This document shows, one piece after another, positions 18,988 through 31,379 of a stretch of 64,000 nt of DNA. The notes under the pieces were generated by a model that searched no databases, was not told the origin of the DNA, and was given only the letters and a program-made list of their open reading frames with translations. The stretch lies in assembly GCA_963790405.1 (NCBI GenBank), contig CAWBOJ010000003.1, positions 398,873 to 462,872 of the forward strand, read 5' to 3'. Each line of letters begins with the position of its first letter. Position 1 is the stretch's first letter. The DNA is from an uncultured Actinomycetota bacterium. Its GTDB lineage: Bacteria; Actinomycetota; Coriobacteriia; Anaerosomatales; JAGXFU01. The position numbers were made by a program, and so were the translations under genes.

Positions 18988-20355
18988 GTGAAGAGCAGAC
19001 CGCGAACCCGCAGGGTGATCCTCGGCATCCTGCTGGGGCTTGCCGTAATCGGGGCAGGGTACGTGACGCTGTCGCGCTACGAGGCGAGCAGGCCTGCGCT
19101 CGACTACACGATGGCCGAGCCCGCCGTGCAGACTCCGGACGCATTCCCGGACGCCCGATTCGCGGTCATGAGCGACCTGCACTACTACGACACGTCGCTC
19201 GGAACGACCGGCGCCGCGTTCGAAGAGGTGCTCGGCTCGGACCGCAAGCTGCTCAAGGAGACCGCCGAGCTGCTCGATCTCGCGATCGACGACATTCTCG
19301 CGTCGGGCGTCGACTTCGTGCTCATCCCGGGCGACCTCACCAAAGACGGCGAGGTCATCAATCACACGGGAGTTGCCACGGCGCTTGAGCGGTTGAGCGA
19401 TGCAGGCGTGCAGGCCTACGTCATCCCGGGCAACCATGATGCGAACAACCCAGAGGCGTTCGAGTTCGACGGCGACGAGGAAGTCCCCGTGGAGGCTCTG
19501 ACGCAGACGGAGTTCCCGGAGTTCTATCGCGACTTCGGCTACGGCGAAGCGATTCTCCGCGACGAGAACACCTCAAGCTACGTGGCCGAGCCGGTCGACG
19601 GCCTGTGGCTGTTGGCGCTCGACTCGACGCGCTCCGAGGAGAACGAGCCGGGCGGCGAGGAGGTCACCGCCGGCGCCTTCACGCAGGAGCAGGTGCAGTG
19701 GATCGAGCAGGTCCTGCAAGACGCGCAGGCCCAGGACAAGACCGTGATCTGCATGATGCATCACGGTGTCGTGGAACATTGGGAGGGCCAGAGCAAGCTT
19801 CACCCCGAGTACCTCGTGGAAGACTACCCGTACGTCGGTGAGCTTCTGGCCTCGCATGGCGTCCGCGTGGTCTTCACCGGCCACTATCACGCTCAGGACA
19901 TCGCGCGCGCCGACTTCGGCGACAGCGGCTTCATCTACGACGTCGAGACGGGCTCGCTTGCGACCGCGCCGTGTCCGGTTCGCTACTGCGAGCTCAGCGG
20001 GCAGCAGCTGGCGATCGATTCGACGACGATCGTCGATGAGCTTCGACCGGGAACCGACTTCGCTTCTGAAGCGCGCGACTTCGTCTTGGCCACCATCGAG
20101 TCCGAGGCGTTCGACGTGTCGCGTGGCTACTGGGTCTCCGAGAAGGATTCGCGCTACATCGCCGAGCAAGTTGCGCCGGCGTTCGTCGCGCACTACAACG
20201 GTGACGAGAATCCCGCCGAGGAGGTCGCTGTCGACACCGGCGTGCTGAACCTCTGGGGCAAGTTCATCTGGTCGCAGCAGAGCTACGTGGTAGATGGGCT
20301 GTGGGTCGACGTCGAGCCAGCCGACAACGACGTGGTGCTGGAGCTTGTGGAGTAG
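18988..20355 (+). CDS. membrane-anchored metallophosphoesterase
   Basis: N-terminal TM, then calcineurin-like motifs 'MSDLHY', 'IPGDLTKDGE', 'IPGNHD', 'MMHHG', 'FTGHYH'. Confidence 0.8.
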   Translation: MKSRPRTRRVILGILLGLAVIGAGYVTLSRYEASRPALDYTMAEPAVQTPDAFPDARFAVMSDLHYYDTSLGTTGAAFEEVLGSDRKLLKETAELLDLAIDDILASGVDFVLIPGDLTKDGEVINHTGVATALERLSDAGVQAYVIPGNHDANNPEAFEFDGDEEVPVEALTQTEFPEFYRDFGYGEAILRDENTSSYVAEPVDGLWLLALDSTRSEENEPGGEEVTAGAFTQEQVQWIEQVLQDAQAQDKTVICMMHHGVVEHWEGQSKLHPEYLVEDYPYVGELLASHGVRVVFTGHYHAQDIARADFGDSGFIYDVETGSLATAPCPVRYCELSGQQLAIDSTTIVDELRPGTDFASEARDFVLATIESEAFDVSRGYWVSEKDSRYIAEQVAPAFVAHYNGDENPAEEVAVDTGVLNLWGKFIWSQQSYVVDGLWVDVEPADNDVVLELVE

Positions 20356-20374
20356 CGCGGTTCAACCGCATGAA

Positions 20375-20409
20375 ACAGCCCCGGTCACCGAGTAGGTGGC
20401 CGGGGCTGT
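20375..20409. terminator. bidirectional stem-loop between convergent genes
   Basis: ACAGCCCCGGTCACC-gagta-GGTGGCCGGGGCTGT (about 14 bp stem) followed by ...CCCCTTTC. Confidence 0.55.
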
Positions 20410-20456
20410 GTGCCCCTTTCAGTGCCGCCGATGTGTAGCGGCCCTGCGCGAAATGC

Positions 20457-20672
20457 CTAGAAGCCGCTTCCGTCGGGGATACCGTCTCCGGAGTTCGGTG
20501 CGCCACCCAAGCCGACGCCGAACGGTACTTCGAATCCACTACCGTCGGAGACGCCGTCGCCTGAGTTGGGTGCCGGGCCGGGACCCGCGATTGCTGGAGC
20601 TGCCAGGGTCATCGTGAGCAGCGCCACTACTGCAATCATCGCGCCTGCTCGCCCTGCTGCCATACCCTTCAT
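20457..20672 (-). CDS. small secreted Gly/Asp-rich peptide with duplicated APNSGDGxxDGSGF motif
   Basis: 71 aa. Signal peptide (AMIAVVALLTMTLAAPAIA), then GPGPAPNSGDGVSDGSGFEVPFGVGLGGAPNSGDGIPDGSGF*. Confidence 0.55.
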   Translation of the reverse strand: MKGMAAGRAGAMIAVVALLTMTLAAPAIAGPGPAPNSGDGVSDGSGFEVPFGVGLGGAPNSGDGIPDGSGF

Positions 20673-21085
20673 GTCGTGCCCCTTTCGTCATGGTACGTAG
20701 GTACGTCAGCTCCTCCACGACTGCGTTTCGACAAAGGCGCAGGTAGGACCACGTGATTTGAGTCACAGGACACGGAAGTACGGACGATCGGGGTACTGAG
20801 CGTGCTAGGCGGCGGGTCCGTTATCGCTGACGATCTCCTCGATCGAGGTGCGCGGCTCCTGCGCACGCTGCACCACATGCTTGTCGCGGCTCCTGCGCCT
20901 CGCCCAGAATCTGCAAAGATTCTAGAGACATCAGGCTGACCCTGGGGCTACTATGACGTTGCGCACGCGCTGGGGGCGTCCGCAACGTGGATACTTACGA
21001 AAGCGGGGGTCCCATGAGAGGCTTAGTCGGTGCGCGCATTCCATCTCTTGAGCGCGAGTTCCAGCCTGTACGTGCACGCTCATTG

Positions 21086-24000
21086 ATGCGCGTGATACTC
21101 GCCGCGCTCATTGCGCTGAGTATCGTGCCGATGGCTCCGCAGCGAGCGCAGGCCAGCAGCAACCCGCCGGTCGCGGTCGATGATCCCGCTCGTTTGACCG
21201 AGCTGCAGAAAGTCCTCGCCTCGGACGGTGCGGGATCTGACTACTTTGGCTACTCGGTTGCCATATCAGGGGACACGGCAATCGTTGGCTCGTACTACGA
21301 CGACGACAAGGGGCTCGACTCCGGCTCTGCCTACGTGTTCACGCTCGTGGATGGCGCGTGGACTCAGCAAGCCAAGCTCGTGGCGAGCGATGGTCAGGCG
21401 GGGGACTTCTTCGGGTATCGCGTCGCCCTGTCGGGGGACACGGCACTCATCAGCGCGTACGGGGATGACGATGGGGGCATGCTGGCTGGTGCGGCATACG
21501 TCTTCACCCGGTCGGGCAGCATCTGGACCCAACAGGCCAAGATCAGGCCCAGCGGTGGGGCAGAGTATGACTACTTCGGCTTCTCGGTGGCGGTGTCCGG
21601 AGATACGGCGCTTGTTGGCGCAACCGGCGATGACGACGACGGTTCGATGTCTGGTTCGGCGTTTGTGTTTACCCGGTCGGGCAGCATCTGGACCCAACAG
21701 GCCAAGATCAAGGCCGCTGATGCGGCGGAGGGCGACCAATTCAGCAATAGCGTTGCCCTGGCGGGTGATACTGCACTGATCGGTGCGTACGCAGATGACG
21801 ACGCGGGTACCTCCTCTGGCGCTGCCTATGTCTTCGTTGGCTCTGGTAGCACCTGGTCCCAACAGGCCAAACTCACGGCGGCCGATGGTGCCGAGTATGA
21901 CTACTTTGGCTACTCCCTCGCGGTCTCGGGCGACACCGTACTTGTCGGCGCATACGGTGATGATGACGGGGACACAAGCACCGGCTCCGCGTATGTCTTT
22001 GCGCGGACGGATACCACCTGGGCCCCGGAAGACAAGCTCACTGCGGGCGATGCGGCAGCGGGCGACGCCTTTGGCCGTGCCGTCGCGCTTTCGGGCGACA
22101 CGGCGCTCATAGGTGCTGCCTGGGATGACGACAAGGGTTTGGACTCCGGCTCCGCATATGTCTTCACGCGGTTGGTCACCACTTGGACCGAGCAGAACAA
22201 GTTGACCGACGACGACGGCGCGGCCGGCGATTCCTTCGGCTGCGCTGCCTCGTTGTCGGGTGACATGGCGGTGGTCGGTGCCTTCACGGACGACGACATG
22301 GGCGGCGAGTCCGGCTCGGCCTACTTCTCTTCACCCGGATACATGACTACCGAGGACACAGCGGTCGATTTCAACGTTCTCGCAAACGATACAGATGTCG
22401 AGGGCGATCCGCTCACGGCTGCACTAGTAGCCGGCCCCTCGAACGGAGAGGTCACGCTGGCCCCGTCCGGTGATGCCACCTACACGCCTGACCCGGATTG
22501 GTCCGGCACCGACACGTTCACGTATCGCGCTTCTGACGGAGACGCCGACTCAAACACTGCTACCGCCACGGTCATCGTGACGCCGGTCAACGACGCACCG
22601 GTTGCCGCCGATGATCCGGGCCTCATGTCTGCGGTGACTTCCGCAGTCGCTGGCGATGGCGCGCCGGGCGACTGGCTTGGCGTCGATGTCGACATCTCGG
22701 GTGACATTGCGGTGGTCGGTGCGTATGGCGATGACGACGGTGGTGTCTCTTCGGGCTCGGCGTACGTTTTCGTGAAGAGCGGGACCGCCTGGATCCAGCA
22801 GGCGAAACTCGTTGCCGAGGACGCGGCGGTGCACAGTTGGTTCGGCAACTCGGTCGCGATCGAAGGCGACACCGTGGTTGTCGGCGCGCCGATGGCGGAC
22901 AGTCCGGCGGCGGACGCGGGAGCGGTGTATGTCTTCACGCGGAGCGGTTCCACGTGGACCCAGGCGGCCAAACTCGTTGGTGACGGGGTGGCGGACTCTC
23001 GTTTCGGCTGGGCGGTCGATCTGTCGGGGAACACGCTGGTCTCCGGCTCGGGTTCGGATGAGGGCTGGAAGGGCGCAGCATACGTGTTCACAGGCAGCGG
23101 CCCGACGTGGACGCGGCAAGCCAGACTCACCGCTTCGGATGGGCAGTACGCCGATGAGATGGGCGACGCGGCTGCGGTTTGCGGAGACGTGATCGTCCTC
23201 GGGGCGCGCGGTGACGATGACGAAGCCTACGGTGCTGGCGCTGCGTACGTGTTCACGCGAAGCATGGGCGTATGGACACAGGCGGACAAAGTGACAGCAT
23301 CGAGCAGTGGCTACGAGGGATACTTCGGCCAATCGGTCGCTGTCGATGGCGAAACGGCTTTGATCGGCTGCGCGAAATACAATACGGCCTATGTCTTCAC
23401 GGCAAACGGTGCTGATTGGACCGAGCAAGCGAGCCTGGTGGCGACGGACGCGGCAGGAGCGTACAACTTCGGCTTTGCAGTGGCGCTAGACGGCACGACC
23501 GCGCTGGTGGGCGCCTACACCGACTGGGTGAACGCGCAGTTCTCGGGCTCGGCGTACACCTTCGAGGGGTCCGGCGCTAGCTGGCTACAGACGCGCAAGT
23601 TCTCGGCAGGTGATGGGGCGTACAACGACCAATACGGGATCTCGGTCGCTCTCGATGGCGGTCGAGCGATTATCGGCGCGTATCAGGACGATACCGTAGG
23701 AGGCGCTGACGCCGGCTCGGCGTACATCTACTCGGAAGGTGTGTACGAAGTTGCCGAGGATGAGCAGCTGACCGTTGCGGCACCGGGCATACTCGCGAAC
23801 GACACGGATCCCGAGGGAGGCTCGCTCGAGGCGACTGCGGTCGTGGGGCCGCAGCATGGCATCCTCGGCCTGAATGCTGACGGCTCGTTCACCTACGACT
23901 CCGTGGCCGACTACAGCGGCCCCGACAGCTTCACGTACACGGCGAGCGACGGTCTGCTCGACTCCAACGTCGCAACCGTCAGCATCGTGGTGACGCCCGT

Positions 24001-25508
24001 CAATGACGCGCCGGTAGCAGTAGCCGACTCGTACAGTGTGGCCGAGGACGGCACTCTCACTCGGACTGCTCCGGGTGTGCTTGCGAACGACGTGGACGCC
24101 GATGGCGACTCGCTCGAGGCCACTACGGTTGCCGGTCCGTTGCACGGCACGCTCGACCTGAATGTCGACGGCTCGTTCACCTACGAGCCTGCCGAGGAGT
24201 ACAGCGGTCCCGACAGCTTCACCTACAAGGCCAACGACGGCAGCACGTACTCAAACACCGCAACGGTGACGATCACCGTGACGCCGGTCAACGAAGCTCC
24301 CGTCGCGGCAGATGACGCAAAGACAACCGCCGAGGATACCAAGCTCACGGTCGCAGCTCCGGGCGTTCTTGCGAACGACACAGATGCGGAGGGCGACCCT
24401 CTCACGGCGAGTCTCGTCACAGGACCCGCGCACGGCACATTGGCCCTGTCGGCAAACGGCTCCTATACCTACACGCCCCATGCCGATTGGTTTGGCGTCG
24501 ACACCTTCGTTTACCGCGCCTACGACGGCACGGCGTACTCGAACACCGCCACCGTCAGAATCACGGTTACGTCCGTAGACGACGCTGTTGCCTATGTCCC
24601 CATCGCCGGCACCAACCGCTACGCCACCGCCATCGCGGCGTCCAAGGAAGCCTACCCGTCCGGGGCCGGCACGGTCGTGATCGCAACGGGCGAGAACTGG
24701 CCTGATGCACTGGGCGGCTCGGCGCTTGCCGGCACGGTCGAAGGACCGCTGCTGCTCACCAAACCAGGAGAGCTGCCCGCAGCGGTGGTAGCCGAGATCA
24801 CGCGCCTGAATGCCACGAACGCCTACATCCTGGGCGGCACCGCAGCGGTGACTCAAGCGGTCGAAGACGCACTGAACGCGAAGCTGTCCGGCACGGTCAC
24901 ACGCATCGCAGGAACGAGCCGCTACGGCACGGCCAACAAGATCGCCGATGAGGTGATCAGGCTGCAAGGCTCGAAGTTCGCAGGCGGCGCGTTCATCGCC
25001 ACAGGCGACAACTTCCCCGACGCGCTCGGCGCCTCGCCTCTGGCAGCCTCTACAGGCGCCCCGATCCTGCTCACGAAAAGCGGCGGCACGCCGTATCTGC
25101 CTTCGAAGGTCGATTCTGCCGTCATCTTGGGCGGGGAGGCGGCGGTGACACCTGTGACCGAAGCGAGCTGTGCGCACCGCGCTCGGCACCTCGAAGGTCA
25201 CACGCGTCGGCGGCACTGATCGCTACGACACCGCGGCGAAGGTGGCCGACTACGGAGTGGCGCACGGGATGCATTGGGATGGCGTGGGTATCGCCACCGG
25301 TCTCGAGTTCCCCGATGCGCTGTCCGGTGGAGCCATGCTCGGCCAGATGGACTCGGTGCTGCTGCTGACCAAGCAGCCGACCTTGGTCTCAGCGGCGCGT
25401 CAGCGGCTCACCGCGAACAAAGACGACATCGACACCGTGTACTTCATCGGAGGTACGGCGGCAGTGAGCCAGAGCGTACGCGACGACGTGGCGAATCTGC
25501 TGGAGTAG
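21086..25508 (+). CDS. giant cell-surface protein: FG-GAP-like repeats + cadherin/VCBS-like Ig domains + 3 CWB2 cell-wall-binding repeats; frame-disrupted near 25180
   Basis: Signal peptide MRVILAALIALSIVPMAPQRAQA. At least 14 'DxFGxSVAxSGDTAxVGAxxDDDxGxxSGSAYVF' repeats. Four or more 'ANDTDxEGDxL...FTYxAxDG...TVTPVNDAPVA' domains. 'NRYATAIAASKEAYP...WPDALGG..LAG...PLLLT' x3. The last repeat lies in ORF 25170-25508. Confidence 0.8.
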
Positions 25509-25557
25509 TGCGCGGCGCCCGGCTGGCTTGCGCATCAGCGCCGACGAGCTCTGAGCA

Positions 25558-25580
25558 CGGGGAGTGGTACGGACTCCCCG
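25558..25580 (+). terminator. stem-loop after the surface-protein gene
   Basis: CGGGGAGT-ggtacgg-ACTCCCCG, followed about 12 nt later by TCTTT. Confidence 0.4.
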
Positions 25581-25697
25581 AATGAGGAGTATCTTTGGGT
25601 GCCGGTTCGATCCGTGCGACGCGGACTTCGGCTTGGCAGGTCCCCGGTTGCCGAACCGGGTGCCTCCTTCTACCAGGCAGATGCGAGGCATACATTC

Positions 25698-26312
25698 ATG
25701 TCCAAGATCGATGACCTTGTCGAGCAAGCCCGTTCGATCGAAGAGGAACTCCAGGCGGAATTCGAGACGAGACGAGAGGGCCTGCACCTCGTCTTGGAAG
25801 GGCGTCGGATTCGATTCGCCGAAGAAGTAGCCGCGCTACAGCGTGCGTCGCGCGTGGGGCTCTTTCGCTATGTCACTCGATCCAGTGTGTTCAACTGGCT
25901 CGCGTTCATCGTGATTTGGTTCCTGCTGTTGCCGATGGTCATGCTCGATCTGGCTCTGCTCGTCTATCAGGCCATCTGTTTCAGCGCCTACGGAATTCCC
26001 AAGGTCAAGCGCTCCGAGCACATCTTCTTCGACCGCCAAGATCTGCCGTATCTCAACGCTGTCGAGAAGCTCAACTGCGGGTACTGCAGCTATGCGAATG
26101 GGTTGGCGAGCTACTTCAGGGAGATCGGTGCGCGCACCGAGCAGTTCTGGTGCCCGATCAAGCATGCACGGCGGATGATCGCCATGCACGATCACTACCC
26201 GAGTTTCTTCGAGTACGGAGATGCGCAGGCGTACCGGCTGGGCCTTGAGAGGCTGAGAGAAGCACTCCGGACTGCCGAGGATCTGGACTCCGACGTGTCG
26301 CGTCCGGCGTGA
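25698..26312 (+). CDS. hypothetical membrane protein with conserved-looking Cys motif
   Basis: 204 aa. Coiled N-terminus, two TM (WLAFIVIWFLLLPMVMLDLALLVYQAICF), then 'LNCGYCSYANG...FWCPIKH'. Confidence 0.5.
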   Translation: MSKIDDLVEQARSIEEELQAEFETRREGLHLVLEGRRIRFAEEVAALQRASRVGLFRYVTRSSVFNWLAFIVIWFLLLPMVMLDLALLVYQAICFSAYGIPKVKRSEHIFFDRQDLPYLNAVEKLNCGYCSYANGLASYFREIGARTEQFWCPIKHARRMIAMHDHYPSFFEYGDAQAYRLGLERLREALRTAEDLDSDVSRPA

Positions 26313-26345
26313 CGCTGATCGCTTGTGCCGCTGGCGAAGCAGGGC

Positions 26346-27153
26346 CTACACGCTGAGGTCTCGCCCTGAGTAGAAGTAGTAGGTCCCACCGACCGCAAGG
26401 GCGACGATCGACCACCGATAGCGCGACGTACACGGGGTCGAGCCCTCCGTCGTTCATCATTGCGGAGGCTTCGAAGTACTTGAACGGCGTGAGGTACTTG
26501 AGGACGTCGAGGTTCTCGTTCATGTTGACGAGAAACGACAGCAGGAACGTCATGAACATGACCGAGGTCGCTATCGATGGAGCCGCCTTCGGCTTCCGCA
26601 CGACGCCGGCGACTACCGCGCCGATCGTGAAGAATATGACTTGCAAGAAGAGCAGCCCCACCATGAGAATCGATATCTCCGAGCCGACCGCTTCTCCCTT
26701 GCCGAAGTAGCCAACGAAGTAGATCGACGACAGCCACGTCACGATGTTCAGGACGACGATATTGGAAAGTCCAGCGAGAAGCTTGGCCGTCAAGGCCTGG
26801 CCGCGGGAAATGGGCTTGGTGTAGAGGAACTCCGAGGTGCGGTCCCGCTCCTCCTTCGAAATGAGATTCGAGCCCAGGAGGGCCGCGTGCACCGCGCCCA
26901 TCACGGCGAGATACAGGAACAGCACGCCGTAGAAGCCGCTCGCCTTGGTGAGGTCGAACCCGGAGAAGCCGAGGACCACCTGTACTCCCTTGGGTATTTG
27001 GTCGAACAAGGCCTGTGCGGACTGCCCCGCTGAGCTGTATCCTGCATACTTCGCCATGCCGGAGCCGACCATGCCCATCATGCCGAGACTCCACCAGATG
27101 AGGCCGGTACGGTGCGCTTTCAACTCACGCAGAAAGATGTTCATGTCTGCCAC
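26346..27153 (-). pseudogene. ABC-2 type transporter permease, frame-disrupted near 26415
   Basis: ORF 26158-27153 is a multi-TM permease up to '...DPVYVALS', then reads nonsense. A plausible end 'YRWSIVALAVGGTYYFYSGRDLSV*' (stop 26346-26348) lies in another frame. Confidence 0.7.
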
Positions 27154-27956
27154 CTAGGTCGAGGAGCGGACGTCCTTCTTGATGTAGATCACGTAGCTCA
27201 GTGCGAGCGCGACCGCAACGATGGCCACTTCGACAAGAAGGAACTTGGCCTCGAGGCGGTCGTTGCTGATGATGTAGTTCGTGTCGTAGAACTGGAAAGG
27301 CGATACATAGCGGACCTCGTCGTTGCCCAGCACGTCTCCGATCGCACCGATGATGTAGAAGGTGAAGACGGTCGGCAGGGTCACCGAGACGACCGACTTG
27401 ACTCTTCGGGATGATCACCGCGAACAGCGCACCCAGGGCCAGGAAGATCACCTGAACGAGGAACAGCGTGATCGACATCAAGAAGAATGTACCGGCACCG
27501 AACGGCTCCTTCGAGACGGTCAACGCTGCCAGATACGAGACTGCCGAGAAGACCACGTTCGTCACGACGATCACGGCAAACGCAGCAGCGAGCTTCTCGG
27601 ACATCACGCGAGTCCGCGCTATCGGCTTGGACAGCAGAAAGTCCGCGGTCTTGCCGGACACCTCCTTCGAGATAACGCCCGTCCCGACGTTCATGGCCTG
27701 GATCGCGCCGGCAAGGATGGCGAAGCTCAGAAGGTATCCGAAGAAGCCGTAGATCGTGAAGAAGTTCGACAGCGAGATGTTGAACGCGGTCCTAACGGCC
27801 TCGGGGAACCCGCTGAAGAGATCCTTCGCGGCCGTCGACGTCATTGGTGAACGCTGGATAGAGGGCCATGAACAGGACGACGATAGTGCTCAGCGATACC
27901 GTCCAGATGATCGTCGACTTCCGGTAGGCCCTGACCTCGCGGAGGAAGACGTTCAC
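27154..27956 (-). pseudogene. ABC-2 type transporter permease, at least 2 frame disruptions (about 27840 and 27395)
   Basis: Three fragments. GTG 27956 'VNVFLREVRAYRKSTIIWTVSLSTIVVLFMALYPAFTND'. ORF 27125-27844. ORF 27154-27384 ('...FYDTNYIISNDRLEAKFLLVEVAIVAVALALSYVIYIKKDVRSST*'). Confidence 0.7.
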
Positions 27957-28854
27957 TGCTCGTCCTCCTTCTGGTAGTAGTGCAAGAAGATCTCCTCCAG
28001 GTCCGGCTCCTCGACCTGAAGGTCGACGAGGTCCTGTTCGGCGAGGATTTTCGTGATGCTGTTGACGCGACCGCGGTACAGGAAGCTCACCGAGTGGTTT
28101 GCCACGGCGAGGTCGCTCACGCCGTCGATCTCGAATTGCGCCGCGTCGGGTGCCTCGGCCATCTCGAGCGTGAAACGCTTGGTGCTGTTCTCCAGAAGCG
28201 TCTTGATCTGTTCGACCTTGATGATCGTGCCCTCTTTGATGATCGCCACTCTGTCGCAGAGCTTCTGCACCTCGCCGAGGATGTGCGAGGAGAACAGGAT
28301 CGTCGCGCCCTTCTGCGTTCTCCTCCTTGAGCAGGTGGAAGAACTGCTGCTGGATGAGCGGATCCAGCCCGCCGGTAGGCTCGTCTAGGATGATGAGCTT
28401 GGGCTCGTGCGCGAGCCCCTGGATGATGCCGACCTTCTTCTTGTTGCCGTACGACAGGTCGTCGATCTTCTTCTTCAGGTCGAGATCGAGCAGCTCAGCG
28501 AGGTCGCGAATCCGCTTCTCGATGGCCTTGCTGGTCCTTGCGGTAGAAGCTTGCCGAGTACTTCAGAAGGTCGATCGCCCGCATGTCGTCGTAGTAGAAG
28601 ACCTCGGAGGGCAGATAGCCGACCTCCTGGCGAATCTCGGGACCGGACTTGATGACGTCCTTGCCAAGCACGCTCGCCGAGCCGCTCGTAGGGTAGATGA
28701 GGCCGAGCAAGGTTCGGATCGTCGTGGACTTCCCCGCGCCGTTCGGCCCGATGAAGCCATAGATCTCGCCCTCGGCTACGGTCATGTCGACGTCAACGAT
28801 GCCCCTGGACTTGCCGTAGTACTTGGTCAGCTTCGCGGTCTCGATCGCGTTCAT
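27953..28854 (-). pseudogene. ABC transporter ATP-binding protein, at least 2 frame disruptions (about 28540 and 28300)
   Basis: N-terminal piece with Walker A 'GPNGAGKSTT' (ORF 28495-28980, true start ATG 28854). Middle piece 'LSYGNKKKVGIIQGLAHEPKLIILDEPTGGLD' is in another frame. C-terminal piece is ORF 27953-28270. GTGA overlap with the downstream permease. Confidence 0.75.
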
Positions 28855-29006
28855 CTTCGCTCCATTGATCGCTGCCCGGTCCCGTTCAGAGTCCCGGCAT
28901 GATGGGCGTGTTTCGCTGCCGATGCCATTATTCCCCAATTGGACACAACAAAGGGAATACCCGCGGCGAACGGCGAGCATCCATCACGACTTGTCGCAAG
29001 CAGAGT

Positions 29007-29030
29007 GAGGCCGTGCTTGGGCACGGCCTC
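29007..29030. terminator. perfect 10-bp stem-loop
   Basis: GAGGCCGTGC-ttgg-GCACGGCCTC, just downstream of the minus-strand stop at 29040. Confidence 0.4.
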
Positions 29031-29039
29031 AACTCACCC

Positions 29040-29511
29040 CTACGGGCCCGTCGCTGGCGTCACGCGCGTGGCGGTGTCGCCGTGTGCGCTATGCAGGTCG
29101 CGCGTCAGTAGCAAGCCTTCAACGACGAGGATGACCTGGCCGAGCAGGGAGAATGCGCCCAGTGAGGTCGCCAGCACATATCTCCATGTCTCGAGCTGCA
29201 CTTCGGAATTCGCGATCCCGGTGACCTCCGCCGCTACGCTCATGAGAATCAAACCGGCCCACATGATTGCGACAGCGACGCCGATCGCACGCGTGCGTGC
29301 GTGCGCACGAAACGATGCCCACAGAAGCAGCGATCATGCCGACGATGCGTGACGGGATAGACCTCGAACGGCATCAGGTAGTCCAACCGGAACCCTCCCG
29401 GGCGACCCATTGTGAGCACGCCCTAGTGCGAAGGGAGCGACCAGTGGCAGCACGACGCAGGAGAGTACCAAGGATCGCGAGCATCCTGGCGAGCGCGTCA
29501 TGGCTCTTCAT
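29040..29511 (-). CDS. possible small membrane protein, fragmented across frames
   Basis: Hydrophobic fragments 'MKSHDALARMLAILGTLL...' (29511) and 'IMWAGLILMSVAAEVTGIA...SLLGQVILVVEGLLL' (ORF 29040-29264) are in different frames. Weak call. Confidence 0.2.
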
Positions 29512-29582
29512 GGCTTCCACCTCCCACGGAGATTGTTCCCGTGTACAAGGTGTTCTCACGTTCGGCTAGCGCTACTGCGGGA

Positions 29583-31196
<1,614 letters not shown>

Positions 31197-31379
31197 GTTA
31201 GACTCCTGTATCCCGGCGTCCCCCCAGGGACGCTCCCACCGGTGACATCCACGTTAGCAGAACCGAAGACCTTTCTTCGGCAAAGTGTAGTCTCTGGGCT
31301 AGCGTTTTCCGATGAGGCGCCTGTGTGAGTGGGTACGAACACCCGTAGCAGCAATCCGTTCTCGAAGGAGTGATCCACC

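Noticed and set aside
28905-28945. 7-bp inverted repeat TATTCCC...GGGAATA upstream of the ABC-2 operon, considered as an operator.
   Set aside because: The arms are too short and the 17-nt spacer too long to separate from chance. Not annotated.
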